This document shows, piece by piece, positions 9,597 through 19,074 of a DNA stretch of 64,000 nt. The notes beneath the pieces were generated by a model. The model was not told where the DNA came from, searched no databases, and saw only the letters and a list, made by a program, of their open reading frames with translations. This DNA is from a virus (Duplodnaviria; Heunggongvirae; Uroviricota; Caudoviricetes). The stretch covers positions 185,363 through 249,362 of the IMG/VR virus record IMGVR_UViG_3300046008_000242; one strand, given 5' to 3'. Position 1 is the stretch's first letter. The number at the start of each line of letters is the position of its first letter. Made by a program: the position numbers and the translations under genes.

Positions 9597-11055
9597 CCAT
9601 GTCTAGGTTATCTAATTCGTCTGTAATTGAATCGTCCGTCAACATTGTTCCATTAGCAATTTTATATCTGTCTTCAACCCATTGTTTAAATTTGTCAGAT
9701 TGGAGAATAGGATTCCAAAATTCTTTTGTATTGGTTTCTTTCAAACGATAATTTTTATCTTCAATTTCTCCAGTTTTTGTGTCGATTCGTTGATACCAAC
9801 CATTTTTCGGTTTAATGCAAATTCCTGCTTCTAATGCCATATCCATCAAACCAGACCATTTGGAAATCCCATTATCATAATTTACACAAATTGGAATTTT
9901 AGATTTTTCTTTAACAAATCTTGATTTTTCGACATTGATGATGAAATTATATCCAATAACATCAGTTCCATCTTTTTCTTGTTGTCGACCAATAATAAAA
10001 ATTGTATTGGCAGAATAATAGATTCCAGTATTATGAGTAACTACCCCATTTTCTAAAATATAATGTTCAACATCTTTGACTGAAATGTCATACACTTTAC
10101 GAGTTCCAACAGAAATAATACTTTTAATTTTGGAATTGCGTTGATTGTCTATACAAACCAATGTTTTATCTGTCGATAAATTTGACGCTTCAACCCATCC
10201 AGAATCTGTCAAGAAAGGATGATTTTCTGAAACAACACATTTATATCCATCTTCAAATTCTATTTCAAAACATTCAGGTTCTCCAACTTCTAATGTATCT
10301 GGATTCCAAATATGAGTAACTGGTTTAGAACCATTTAATGTTTTAACTAATTCTCCAACTTCAATATCTTCAATTTTTTTAATTGAACCATCAAACATGA
10401 TAAGATTAGTCCCAGCTTCTAAACAACCTCCACTAACTACAGCTGAGGGGAACAGCGACATTGAATCGTAAGTGTGATTCACACAAATCATTGGAATATC
10501 ATATTTAGTTAGATATGGAGTAATCATACGGAAACATGATTTTAATTGTTTTGCTCTAGTTAGATCCGATACGGACTTCTCTGCCAGTGAATCTTCGCGC
10601 TCTTTCCGTGAAGACATGTTACCTATTGAATCTACAACGAAAATTACATTTGTCTTTCTATCTAATGCATTTAATTGAGCCATCACTTCAAATTTGAATT
10701 CTTCGATATCCATAATGGGTACATGTAATACTCTTTCAATATCTATTTCGAATGATTCGAAGTAGGACTTTGGTGATCCGTACTCCGTATCCATAAAAAT
10801 TAAAACAGCATCATCATGTTTATCTAAATATGCCTTTGCCATAACTAGACAAAGCGACGTTTTGAACGATTTCGATTTTCCGCAAGCTAAAATTAAACCG
10901 CTAGAAATACCACCATATAAAGAACCAGATAACGCAATGTTTAATGCAGGAACATCTGTAATACATACGTCGCCACCATTAACAATTTTAGATTCCGACA
11001 ACACCGCAGTTTCTTTAATTGTGCTTGTTTTTTTCAATCTTTCCATTAAACTCAT
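9580..11055 (-). CDS. uvsX: UvsX RecA-like recombinase interrupted in frame by a 132-aa mini-intein (extein about 359 aa)
   Basis: Extein is collinear with T4 UvsX (Walker A ACGKSKSF, VCVNHTYDS, SANTIFIIGRQQEKDG, NVEKSRFVKEKSK, KPKNGWY). The insertion CLEAGTNLIMFDG...GVVTHN sits between SGG and TGIYYS, exactly where T4 has GGG|TGPMYS. Confidence 0.9.
   Translation of the reverse strand: MSLMERLKKTSTIKETAVLSESKIVNGGDVCITDVPALNIALSGSLYGGISSGLILACGKSKSFKTSLCLVMAKAYLDKHDDAVLIFMDTEYGSPKSYFESFEIDIERVLHVPIMDIEEFKFEVMAQLNALDRKTNVIFVVDSIGNMSSRKEREDSLAEKSVSDLTRAKQLKSCFRMITPYLTKYDIPMICVNHTYDSMSLFPSAVVSGGCLEAGTNLIMFDGSIKKIEDIEVGELVKTLNGSKPVTHIWNPDTLEVGEPECFEIEFEDGYKCVVSENHPFLTDSGWVEASNLSTDKTLVCIDNQRNSKIKSIISVGTRKVYDISVKDVEHYILENGVVTHNTGIYYSANTIFIIGRQQEKDGTDVIGYNFIINVEKSRFVKEKSKIPICVNYDNGISKWSGLMDMALEAGICIKPKNGWYQRIDTKTGEIEDKNYRLKETNTKEFWNPILQSDKFKQWVEDRYKIANGTMLTDDSITDELDNLDMDDLDD
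10030..10425 (-). mobile_element. mini-intein (Hint domain only, no endonuclease domain) inside uvsX
   Basis: N-terminal Cys codon (TGT; plus strand aca at 10423-10425). C-terminal His-Asn (plus strand att/atg at 10030-10035) followed by a +1 Thr. 132 aa, too short for a LAGLIDADG or HNH insert. Confidence 0.8.
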
Positions 11056-11068
11056 ATGTGTTTCCTAT

Positions 11069-11425
11069 TCAATTCATAAAATTACATAATGACACTTGTT
11101 CATTATTTTCAGTCTTTTCAATATATTTGTTAAAAATATAATTGGTTAATTCTTGTACACTTTCTTTTAAATCTTCATCGCTCCAAACATATATAACTTC
11201 ATAACCATATGATTCTGCTAATTGAAGTTTCTCTAAATCTCTATTATATGATTCTTCATATAATTTACCATACGCAGATTTCCATTCAAAATCGAATTCT
11301 CTGGGATGAAATGCAATCCCATTATATTCAATAATTATTTTTAATTCATTGATTGTGAAATCATAAAATCTTATACCAGATTTTGGTTGATTAAATGTTA
11401 AAAACCATTCTCTAGAACCAGACAC
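11069..11425 (-). CDS. Vsr/DUF559-like PD-(D/E)xK nuclease domain protein, 118 aa
   Basis: IIEYNGIAFHPREFDF ... NRDLEKLQLAESYGYEVIYVWSDEDL matches the DUF559/Vsr-like endonuclease core pattern. Confidence 0.5.
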   Translation of the reverse strand: MSGSREWFLTFNQPKSGIRFYDFTINELKIIIEYNGIAFHPREFDFEWKSAYGKLYEESYNRDLEKLQLAESYGYEVIYVWSDEDLKESVQELTNYIFNKYIEKTENNEQVSLCNFMN

Positions 11426-11437
11426 ACCAAAGTAAAT

Positions 11438-12664
11438 TTATTTACGTTTCAATACACCCAATTTCCTTAGATTTTTATATAGTTTAAGAAAAAATATATT
11501 AGCTTCCTTACTAGAACGAGTAAACGATCGTTCATTTAATGCCATTTTTTCTAATCTTTGTCTGTAGATAATTGGACCTTCTAATTCTCCATATTTTCTT
11601 TTACAATTTTCAACAGTCCATCCTTTTTTAGAATTCATTTCAGAAATTTCTTCTTCTGATTTATTATATAATGATTTCATCCATAAATCAGTTCTGGCTT
11701 TCCAAACAGAATACCCTTCAGACTTTCCATATTTAGATACACAATAATCTAATGAAAAATTATTACGTTGTTTGAAATATTCGTCTAAAATTTTTAAAGA
11801 TTCTTCTTCTGAATGACCATTTTCCATCCAATATTCTTTACAACAAAAAATCTTATGTCGTCCTTTCTTTTCATTGTAAATTATTGTTCCTTCTTCAACA
11901 CCATGTCGTTCAATATAAAATTCTAAATTACCTTGTCCATTTCTTATCTCTAGAATTTTCTGATATTCTATCATTCCTATAATTACACCAAACTTAGAAA
12001 TATAATTATCAAGAGATAATGATTTAGATTTACCTAATGCAATTCGTTCTTCTTCTGGTTTATTAAAATGAGTTTCACTAATTTGTTTACCTCTTTTATA
12101 AACTATATGTTCTGCTTCCTCTTTGGAAACCCCATCCCGTTTCATAATTCCATTTATATTATTTGAACCATATTTCTCTTTGAAATCTATTTTCGCTAAT
12201 TCAATATCATCATAATCTTTCGAAAACTTTTCAAATGAACATGTTGCGCAATTTTTATTTAATTGTAATTTATCTTTATATTGTTTTGAATTTTCACCAT
12301 ATAAAAATAAAATCATTTCTGTCGTCGAAGCGGAACGTTTTGCTTTCTTAAATTTTTCTAACGATTCAATGTACAATTTATAACATTCATTTATGGAAAT
12401 GTTTTTAGATTCTTTTACATTAAAAATTATTTTCTTAATAACCGGATATGATAATGAATTGTATTTGGAAATTTTACCTTCAAATTCAAGCATTTCTGGT
12501 AAAGTTAATGAATTATCAACATTCATCATATTAAATCGTTTATTTTTATGAAATTCAACAATACCAGAACCAGTCGATTCTCTATTTTGTTTCACTTTAA
12601 GAATTGCTTCTTCTTTTGTATATCCAAGATCGATATACGTTTGTTCACTATACGTATTTGCCAT
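11438..12664 (-). CDS. repeat-containing protein, 408 aa, possibly the DNA-binding part of a split Vsr-like homing endonuclease
   Basis: At least six degenerate repeats of about 45 aa, of the type (Y/F)xxK(Y/F)G..EEG..(I/V)Y. It ends 12 nt before the Vsr-like ORF, which is in a different frame. Confidence 0.45.
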   Translation of the reverse strand: MANTYSEQTYIDLGYTKEEAILKVKQNRESTGSGIVEFHKNKRFNMMNVDNSLTLPEMLEFEGKISKYNSLSYPVIKKIIFNVKESKNISINECYKLYIESLEKFKKAKRSASTTEMILFLYGENSKQYKDKLQLNKNCATCSFEKFSKDYDDIELAKIDFKEKYGSNNINGIMKRDGVSKEEAEHIVYKRGKQISETHFNKPEEERIALGKSKSLSLDNYISKFGVIIGMIEYQKILEIRNGQGNLEFYIERHGVEEGTIIYNEKKGRHKIFCCKEYWMENGHSEEESLKILDEYFKQRNNFSLDYCVSKYGKSEGYSVWKARTDLWMKSLYNKSEEEISEMNSKKGWTVENCKRKYGELEGPIIYRQRLEKMALNERSFTRSSKEANIFFLKLYKNLRKLGVLKRK

Positions 12665-12747
12665 TTATTCTCCTTTTAAAATTGTTAAGAGTTTCTTCCT
12701 TAAATTATTATACTACTATTTTAATCGAAAGGCAAGAGATACCGCCA

Positions 12748-13086
12748 ATGCATATAACGCAGAAGTCAATAAACGAATTATACAATCATTACAAGGGTTC
12801 AGCTAAGTCAAGATCTATCCCATTCAGGTTGACAAAGGTAGATTTCCACGAATTGTCCTTTCCATTGACATGTCCTATTTTGGGAATACCATTAAGATTT
12901 AATACAGGAAAGAATATGACGGATGATTCATACTCATTGGATAGGATAGATTCATCAAAGGGATATACAAAGGAAAATGTGATTGTTGTGTCAAATAGAG
13001 CAAATATCCTGAAGAGAGATGCTACATTGGAGGAGTTACAAATGATGGCTAAATTTTATGCTGAATTGGATTCTAGTGGAGTGTAA
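12748..13086 (+). CDS. small HNH-family endonuclease, 112 aa
   Basis: SLDRIDSSKGYTKENVIVVSNRANILK matches the HNH_3 core. The real ATG is at 12748 after an AAGGCAAGAGA Shine-Dalgarno; the track ORF 12604.. is an upstream read-through. Plus strand. Confidence 0.65.
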   Translation: MHITQKSINELYNHYKGSAKSRSIPFRLTKVDFHELSFPLTCPILGIPLRFNTGKNMTDDSYSLDRIDSSKGYTKENVIVVSNRANILKRDATLEELQMMAKFYAELDSSGV

Positions 13087-13092
13087 TCTAAT

Positions 13093-13138
13093 ATGACATA
13101 GAGTTGATTGGGTGATATACCGAACGTTCCACTAGAGG
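13093..13138. repeat. 45-bp motif ATGACATAGAGTTGATTGGGTGATATAC-GAACGTTCC-ACTAGAG (contains the 10-bp palindrome GGAACGTTCC)
   Basis: About 90% identical to the copies at 24283, 24738, 25176 and 25634, and to the inverted copy at 28776. Lies immediately 3' of the small HNH gene. Confidence 0.7.
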
Positions 13139-13151
13139 ACAATTAGATGGA

Positions 13152-13391
13152 TTATTCATTATCAATAATTCGTTCTCTAAAGTTCATCTTCATATTATAA
13201 CGTCTATCTCTACATACAGAATATCTAACAGTTCCGATGTAAATTTTATGATACATGTTAGAAGTGTGTTCCCTAAACGAATACCATCTTGAATGGATGA
13301 ATTTGTCGGAGAAGTTATCGAACCATTTAACACTTCTTCGTCTATCTAATTGTTTATATTTCTGTTTCCATAGGATGTCAAAGTTTTCCAT
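13152..13391 (-). CDS. hypothetical basic protein, 79 aa
   Basis: ORF track. Confidence 0.4.
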   Translation of the reverse strand: MENFDILWKQKYKQLDRRRSVKWFDNFSDKFIHSRWYSFREHTSNMYHKIYIGTVRYSVCRDRRYNMKMNFRERIIDNE

Positions 13392-13393
13392 GA

Positions 13394-13747
13394 TTATTCC
13401 TCAAATAGTGAATTGGGATTATAAACATACAATTTCTTTTTAAGTTTCTGAGTGTATTTTACTGCATCTTTTGTTCCTGGAGAGATACCATCCCAGACGG
13501 CAATAACAATATCTGATGCTTCGATTATCAGTTTGTTTCTTATCATGCCAGCAGCTTGACCATATTTGTCCCATTCTGCATCAATTATAAGTTTTGGTAT
13601 GTTATTGTAATCAGCATATCTTTCAGCTAATGTATCGACACCATCGGCTCCACCAGAAACAATCATGGTTATATTATGTTGAGAAAGTATTGATTCAACA
13701 TATTGGTAATCGGTAAAGGATCTTGAACCTATGACTGCATATTTCAT
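13394..13747 (-). CDS. SLOG-superfamily protein (DUF2493/YspA-like)
   Basis: AVIGSRSF..., IVSGGADGVDTLAERYA, AEWDKYGQAAGMIRNKLII, AVWDGISPGTKDAV match the DUF2493 pattern. Confidence 0.6.
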   Translation of the reverse strand: MKYAVIGSRSFTDYQYVESILSQHNITMIVSGGADGVDTLAERYADYNNIPKLIIDAEWDKYGQAAGMIRNKLIIEASDIVIAVWDGISPGTKDAVKYTQKLKKKLYVYNPNSLFEE

Positions 13748-13974
13748 TTGGATGAGGTTCTTGTGAAAGGAATAGACGATTCTGGTTTGCGTCTTAATTC
13801 ATTCAGTGTATGAGTTCTATATTCATCTTGGTCGAATTCAACCATTTTGATTGGTTCGAACCATATAGATTTAATATGTTTGACAATTTCAACTGGATTA
13901 TCTGTGTTGATAATTTGTGGTAAGATGTTCTTGGCAATTTTAAATGAAATTGTTTCATTTTGTATATTATCCAA
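13744..13974 (-). CDS. hypothetical protein, 76 aa
   Basis: ORF track. Confidence 0.4.
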   Translation of the reverse strand: MDNIQNETISFKIAKNILPQIINTDNPVEIVKHIKSIWFEPIKMVEFDQDEYRTHTLNELRRKPESSIPFTRTSSK

Positions 13975-14284
13975 TAGATCGATAATCTTCTATGTTCATT
14001 GTGTGAATCCTATTGATGTAATCTTTAGCGAACAATAGATCTCCTTCAAATTCTTGTCGCGTTCGTCTAGAGAATTGTTCTCTAGCTTGTATAATCGAAG
14101 GATCTAATTCCATATCACTTGAGCAACACATTCTCTTTCCTTCTTATTCTTATCAAGATAAATTGCTGTTCTAACTATTCCAGAATGACCAACTCCATCA
14201 TCAAATGGTTCTTCTTTGTATCTAATCAATTGATGTGGAGGTTTGGTGTATATAGGATAAAATGGTTTGATGTTCATTTACTCT

Positions 14285-14322
14285 CCAATAAAAATCTGCC
14301 ATGTTATTCATGACAGATATAT
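14285..14322 (-). terminator. intrinsic terminator
   Basis: Minus-strand hairpin UCUGUCAUGAAUAACAUGGCAGA plus UUUUUAUUGG. Confidence 0.55.
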
Positions 14323-14337
14323 CTTACTACAATTCAA

Positions 14338-15015
14338 TCAATAACGAAATTCTTTTGTATTATTAGATTCAACTAACATTGATTCTAATTCAGTAATCAC
14401 TCCATCAAATTTTAAGATGGGATACATAGACAATTCATCAGATTCGAACATGGAATTACATTTGGTTCTTAATTGTATCTCTTTGGTTTGTAATTCATCT
14501 TTAGATATATTTGAATAACAACCAATATCCTCTAATACTGGTAGCTTACCTTCCAATAGACATTCGGCTACGTATAAACATCTTGAGATATGAAATGATT
14601 TGTTATTCTTCTTGTCTTTGCTTGTTCCAAGGAGTTTCAAATCAAACTTGGCTCTGCCGATGAATCCTTTGATGATTTTATAAGATCTACAAGATAGAAG
14701 TTTATCTGGGAATTCTTTAACATCCGAAAACAATACAATCTCTCCAAAAATGTTTGATTCGCCAGATAATAAGTTTTTATTGAACGTATTCTTAGTTGCA
14801 ATCATCCATTGCTTATTATTTTCAATGTCATCGAATTGGAAACAATGGATGTTTGGGTAATAATTAGACGATTCAAAAATATCGTCAATGATTAACAGAA
14901 TATCCGTATCCGAGTTTGATGTATCTGTCTTATACATTTTAGAACCAAAAATGTATTCTGAGGTGGTATATTGTCTCAATCTTTGAAATTGTTCTTTGGT
15001 AATTTTTAAATTCAT
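14338..15015 (-). CDS. minimal nucleotidyltransferase-fold protein (Pol-beta superfamily)
   Basis: YIFGSKMYKTDTSNSDTDILLII fits the GS-x9-13-D-x-D nucleotidyltransferase signature. The track start at 15027 is a TTG; the first ATG is at 15015. Confidence 0.5.
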   Translation of the reverse strand: MNLKITKEQFQRLRQYTTSEYIFGSKMYKTDTSNSDTDILLIIDDIFESSNYYPNIHCFQFDDIENNKQWMIATKNTFNKNLLSGESNIFGEIVLFSDVKEFPDKLLSCRSYKIIKGFIGRAKFDLKLLGTSKDKKNNKSFHISRCLYVAECLLEGKLPVLEDIGCYSNISKDELQTKEIQLRTKCNSMFESDELSMYPILKFDGVITELESMLVESNNTKEFRY

Positions 15016-15023
15016 TTTTATCT

Positions 15024-15060
15024 CCAAATAAAAAGTCTGCCATGAATTAACATGACAGAC
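15024..15060 (-). terminator. intrinsic terminator
   Basis: Perfect minus-strand hairpin GUCUGUCAUGUUAAUUCAUGGCAGAC plus UUUUUAUUUGG. It is a paralogue of the 14285 terminator. Confidence 0.6.
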
Positions 15061-15065
15061 TTATT

Positions 15066-15626
15066 CTAATACAGGTTATACCATTTCTCGAATTGTTCTT
15101 TAGAAATCAAACCAAATTTAATCAGATTGTAAATTTTATCTTCAAAACATTCTCTTAGATTGACATTGAATTCCACTTGATTGTATTTGTACATGATGTC
15201 AATATCTTTAGCTTGGAATGTTTCAACCAATGCCTCAATAAGTTTCAATTCAGCGTCTGGATCGTTCGAATAACAAAAATCTAATTTGGAGTCTTTATAT
15301 ACAAACCATTGGTCGTTATGATTTTGTCTAATAAACATCTGACATTCTACTTCAAATTCATCCTTCAATATATGAATCTCTGTGTCATCCTTAATTGTAA
15401 ATTTCATACCATCATCAGTTACGACTGCATAATATCTATCATCCAGGGTTGTGTAGAACCAAAGATAATCCGTCGAACAATCATCTAATCTAAATACATA
15501 ACCAGATTGCGGATATAATGTACCTTCATCAGGACATTCTCTATATAATTCTTTATTTTGAAGTAGTTCTTTTATTTTCATTGTCGAATTTATAATAAAG
15601 GATTGAAGTGAAACCAATAACAGCAA
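15066..15626 (-). CDS. hypothetical protein, 186 aa
   Basis: ORF track. Confidence 0.5.
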   Translation of the reverse strand: MLLLVSLQSFIINSTMKIKELLQNKELYRECPDEGTLYPQSGYVFRLDDCSTDYLWFYTTLDDRYYAVVTDDGMKFTIKDDTEIHILKDEFEVECQMFIRQNHNDQWFVYKDSKLDFCYSNDPDAELKLIEALVETFQAKDIDIMYKYNQVEFNVNLRECFEDKIYNLIKFGLISKEQFEKWYNLY

Positions 15627-15779
15627 TTAAAATTAAGAACAAAGGTTTGTACAATAGGCTCAATACTAGTAATGTTAAGATAACACCAATTGAAAATGTT
15701 AACATATCATTCCTTATCTTTTGTGGTAAGATATCCAAGGAGTAATATAAGACCAACTGTTAATGTAAAATAAATCATG

Positions 15780-16181
15780 TTATAAGAAAGAATCAACATT
15801 ATAGTTTAATCCTAGATCCGAAACAAATTGTTTGAATGTCTGGTTTGATAAGAATACAATCGGTAATGACGAGATTGACGAATTCTTACGATTGTTTCTA
15901 TTGGTATAGAATTTGTATTGTTTATTGTTATCAAAATCGATAGATAACACTAAAGTGTTTTTACAATTAGTCGACGGGTAAATGTTGATGATTGGCATCT
16001 TAGATAAATCAAATGAGAAGAATTGTCCAAATTCTGAACAAACATCAACTCGTTCAATTTTACAACAATTTAATACACCTTCATAAGGTTGACAATTTGA
16101 TTCATCATCATTGTTTGAATTTCCGTTGTTACCAAGACCATTGTTATCTCTGGAAACCAATAATTGAGTTTGTTCTGTCAT
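15780..16181 (-). CDS. hypothetical protein, 133 aa, with an Asn/Gly-rich N-terminus
   Basis: ORF track. Confidence 0.45.
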   Translation of the reverse strand: MTEQTQLLVSRDNNGLGNNGNSNNDDESNCQPYEGVLNCCKIERVDVCSEFGQFFSFDLSKMPIINIYPSTNCKNTLVLSIDFDNNKQYKFYTNRNNRKNSSISSLPIVFLSNQTFKQFVSDLGLNYNVDSFL

Positions 16182-16572
16182 GTTATTCTCCGATAGATGA
16201 GAAGGAATTTCTCATATGTTATTTATGAAATTCAGAAAGAATTTATTTTACGTCTTTATATTTCTTCTTGTATTCTTCTGTACAATTTCTGATGAATAAT
16301 TGTTTTGTTGCTTGATTGAAATTATCGAATCTACTACCATACTCATCGATATGCATCTTGATATATTCTTCTAATGTCATTTTCACTCACTGTCAAAATA
16401 ATTAAAAATTCCAGATAATAAAACAAAAATGACACCTGTTAAGATAATCCCTAATGTTTTAATACTCCATAATAAAATTCCAATAATAATTAAGATAAAA
16501 CCCATTACACTTAATAATTCCATGTCGCTCTCCAATCAATGCGTTTCAACATAATAACCTTGTTCGATTACC

Positions 16573-17151
16573 TTATCCATTAGATTTAACTCCTTTGAAT
16601 TGAGAAACTCTTACGCAATTATCATATTCACTTTCATCCGAATCCACTTGATTTACATCCCCTTCATAATCGGTTGTAATAAACAAATTGCCTTTCATTC
16701 GTTTGTATTTTCTAATTTTGAAATCGTCTAGATCGTCACCTTCATAGTTGTCCCAACATACAACCCATTCCCCGAATTCCAATGGTCTTTCATAAGATAC
16801 ATTATTATATCCCTCTTGTAGGATATCCAATACATTTAAAACATTATTAGAAATACCAAATAATGTATCTAATTTATCAATTAGAATCTTATCGACTTTA
16901 TCGTATTCTGTATACAATAAATTCATGTACGTTTCAGTTATTTTAATGGCATATTCTCTTTTGCGTCTAACAAATTGTTCTTGTGTTTCTTTTAATTCAA
17001 CCTTCTCTACAAGGTCACTGAATGCTTTCGCTTCTTGTCTGGTTTCGAATTCTTTACATTCACCCAGTTTATATGCCAACCATTTAACGCCACCAAATTC
17101 TGGAGCTGATCCTACAATTTGTTGGACCTTAGTAAATACACTATTGTACAT
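16573..17151 (-). CDS. hypothetical protein, 192 aa
   Basis: ORF track. Confidence 0.5.
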   Translation of the reverse strand: MYNSVFTKVQQIVGSAPEFGGVKWLAYKLGECKEFETRQEAKAFSDLVEKVELKETQEQFVRRKREYAIKITETYMNLLYTEYDKVDKILIDKLDTLFGISNNVLNVLDILQEGYNNVSYERPLEFGEWVVCWDNYEGDDLDDFKIRKYKRMKGNLFITTDYEGDVNQVDSDESEYDNCVRVSQFKGVKSNG

Positions 17152-18085
17152 TATATGTTCCTTCTTTGAAGTTTCTAATGAGATTTAATTGTAACGCATT
17201 TTTGAATTTAACGATATAATCTCCATTGTATGATTCTTTGATTAGATGATAATTATCGTAACACCATTCTCTGAACCAACCAGATGTTATACTTGTACAG
17301 ACTTTCATTAGAGCAATATCAAATGTATTCTTTGGATCTGTTTTAAAATCATTTGGAATCAATCCGCGTTCTAACGATAAGACGTAACATTCCTCTAATG
17401 CACAATTCAATTTCTGTTGGTCAGATAGATTCATCCATTTTGTTAATGAACACTTAACTTCCTGATTATCCGAGAGAATATCTTTGTAAGCAGGATATTC
17501 TCCAATTTTAACAGCTGAGTGAATGTCGTCGTGTTCGTATACGTAAAACGATTCATCCTTAAAGAACTCATCCTTCTTGACATTTAATGCAGGATGACCA
17601 TAATTATACGTTTCTTTCTCTCTTATGTCATAAAAATCCCAATCTTCAATTTCGGCTCCAGCTTCTTTCATTAACTGGATATCCTTCATTGTCTTATGGA
17701 AATGAGGAGAATTCTTGAGGAAACGATGACTCATCTTTAGTTCATATAGATTGTTAAGAGTTGCCACAGTATAAATGAATTGGTCACCAAAATGTAAATC
17801 TTCATATGTAGTGTATCTATCAAGAATCATTTCCGCCGTTGAATCTTTCCAAGCAATTTCAATCTCAACAATCTGAATCTTATCGCCAGCTTTATACTTG
17901 ACAATTTGTTTCTTACCCTTTGAACTTGGATAACAAGCTAGAACAGTATGATTTTGTTTAATCATCTTAATCCAGTTTGAATATGTTGACCAATTCATGA
18001 CGAAATCTAAATCTTTTGGTTCTTTACCAATATCCATATGGTGAGATAATCCATAACTTCCTATCATAACAATTCGTTGAGTCAT
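17141..18085 (-). CDS. putative nucleotidyltransferase-fold protein, 314 aa
   Basis: N-terminal IGSYGLSHHMDIGKEPKDLDFVM resembles GS...D.D. The remainder has no recognisable motif. Confidence 0.4.
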   Translation of the reverse strand: MTQRIVMIGSYGLSHHMDIGKEPKDLDFVMNWSTYSNWIKMIKQNHTVLACYPSSKGKKQIVKYKAGDKIQIVEIEIAWKDSTAEMILDRYTTYEDLHFGDQFIYTVATLNNLYELKMSHRFLKNSPHFHKTMKDIQLMKEAGAEIEDWDFYDIREKETYNYGHPALNVKKDEFFKDESFYVYEHDDIHSAVKIGEYPAYKDILSDNQEVKCSLTKWMNLSDQQKLNCALEECYVLSLERGLIPNDFKTDPKNTFDIALMKVCTSITSGWFREWCYDNYHLIKESYNGDYIVKFKNALQLNLIRNFKEGTYNVQ

Positions 18086-18257
18086 CGTCTAATCCTCAGT
18101 TAATTAACAACCTTGTGAACTTGGCATCCAACCTTCATTAGATTCATCCCAGCCATCTGATGAACTCCAACCAGTACCGTAAAAAGTCCCCATAATTCTA
18201 TATAAACCACCCATACATTTTATAAATAAAATTTTAATCATTCAAAATGAGATACAT

Positions 18258-18824
18258 ATGACTACGTTTTATACAGTGTACCAAATAACAAACATAATCA
18301 ATAATAAAATATATATTGGAGTCCATAAAACTAAAAATTTAAATGATAATTATATGGGATCTGGAGGTCCACATTTACAAAATGCATATAAAAAATACGG
18401 TAAATCTAATTTTAAAAAAGAATATTTGTTCATTTTTGAAACCAAAAAAGAAATGTATGATAAAGAAATTGAAATTGTAAATCAAGAGTTTATAGATAGA
18501 GCCGATACATATAATCAAAAATTGGGTGGAGTTGGCGGTTGGGATGGAGTAAAAAGAAAAGGATATTCCACAATGGATTTTAAAAAATTATCAAAACAAG
18601 GTAATGATGCTCAGAAATTATTAAGAGAATCTTCCGAAGAAGCGTATAATAAATTTATTGCACATCAAACCAAGCGATCAAAAAGATCCGCTGAAGTTAG
18701 AAAAAATACAAAGGTTATGTATAATTGGGAGTTACAATTATCTAAATATGTTCATATAGATTTAATTCAAGAGTATATATCTAATGGTTGGAATTTTGGA
18801 TATCTTCGCGGTAAAACCAAATAA
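18258..18824 (+). CDS. GIY-YIG homing endonuclease (Seg-like), free-standing
   Basis: YTVYQITNIINNKIYIGVH ... YMGSG ... KYGKSNF ... E is a GIY-YIG core. Plus strand among minus-strand genes. Confidence 0.75.
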   Translation: MTTFYTVYQITNIINNKIYIGVHKTKNLNDNYMGSGGPHLQNAYKKYGKSNFKKEYLFIFETKKEMYDKEIEIVNQEFIDRADTYNQKLGGVGGWDGVKRKGYSTMDFKKLSKQGNDAQKLLRESSEEAYNKFIAHQTKRSKRSAEVRKNTKVMYNWELQLSKYVHIDLIQEYISNGWNFGYLRGKTK

Positions 18825-19031
18825 TTACGTTTCATCAGACGAATCCCAATCTGACGACGAAATCCAATCGTCGTCAGATTCTTGAGTTTTCTCTTTAATC
18901 CAGAAACTAAATTCCAAGCCGTATTTGTTGGCAATTTCTTCTGCAGAATTAATAGCAGAATACGCTTGTTGAACTAATTTTTCAATTTCTTCATTCGCTT
19001 CTTTAATTTGTTCTTCTGTAAATTCACTCAT
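18825..19031 (-). CDS. small acidic protein, 68 aa
   Basis: ORF track; D/E/S-rich C-terminus. Confidence 0.4.
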   Translation of the reverse strand: MSEFTEEQIKEANEEIEKLVQQAYSAINSAEEIANKYGLEFSFWIKEKTQESDDDWISSSDWDSSDET

Positions 19032-19074
19032 CTTTGTTTCCTTTTAATTACACAAATGTTAATATTGTATCCGA

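Noticed and set aside
12604-12747. Upstream part of track ORF 12604..13086
   Set aside because: It overlaps the end of the minus-strand gene 11438..12664. The HNH homology starts only after the ATG at 12748, which has its own Shine-Dalgarno.
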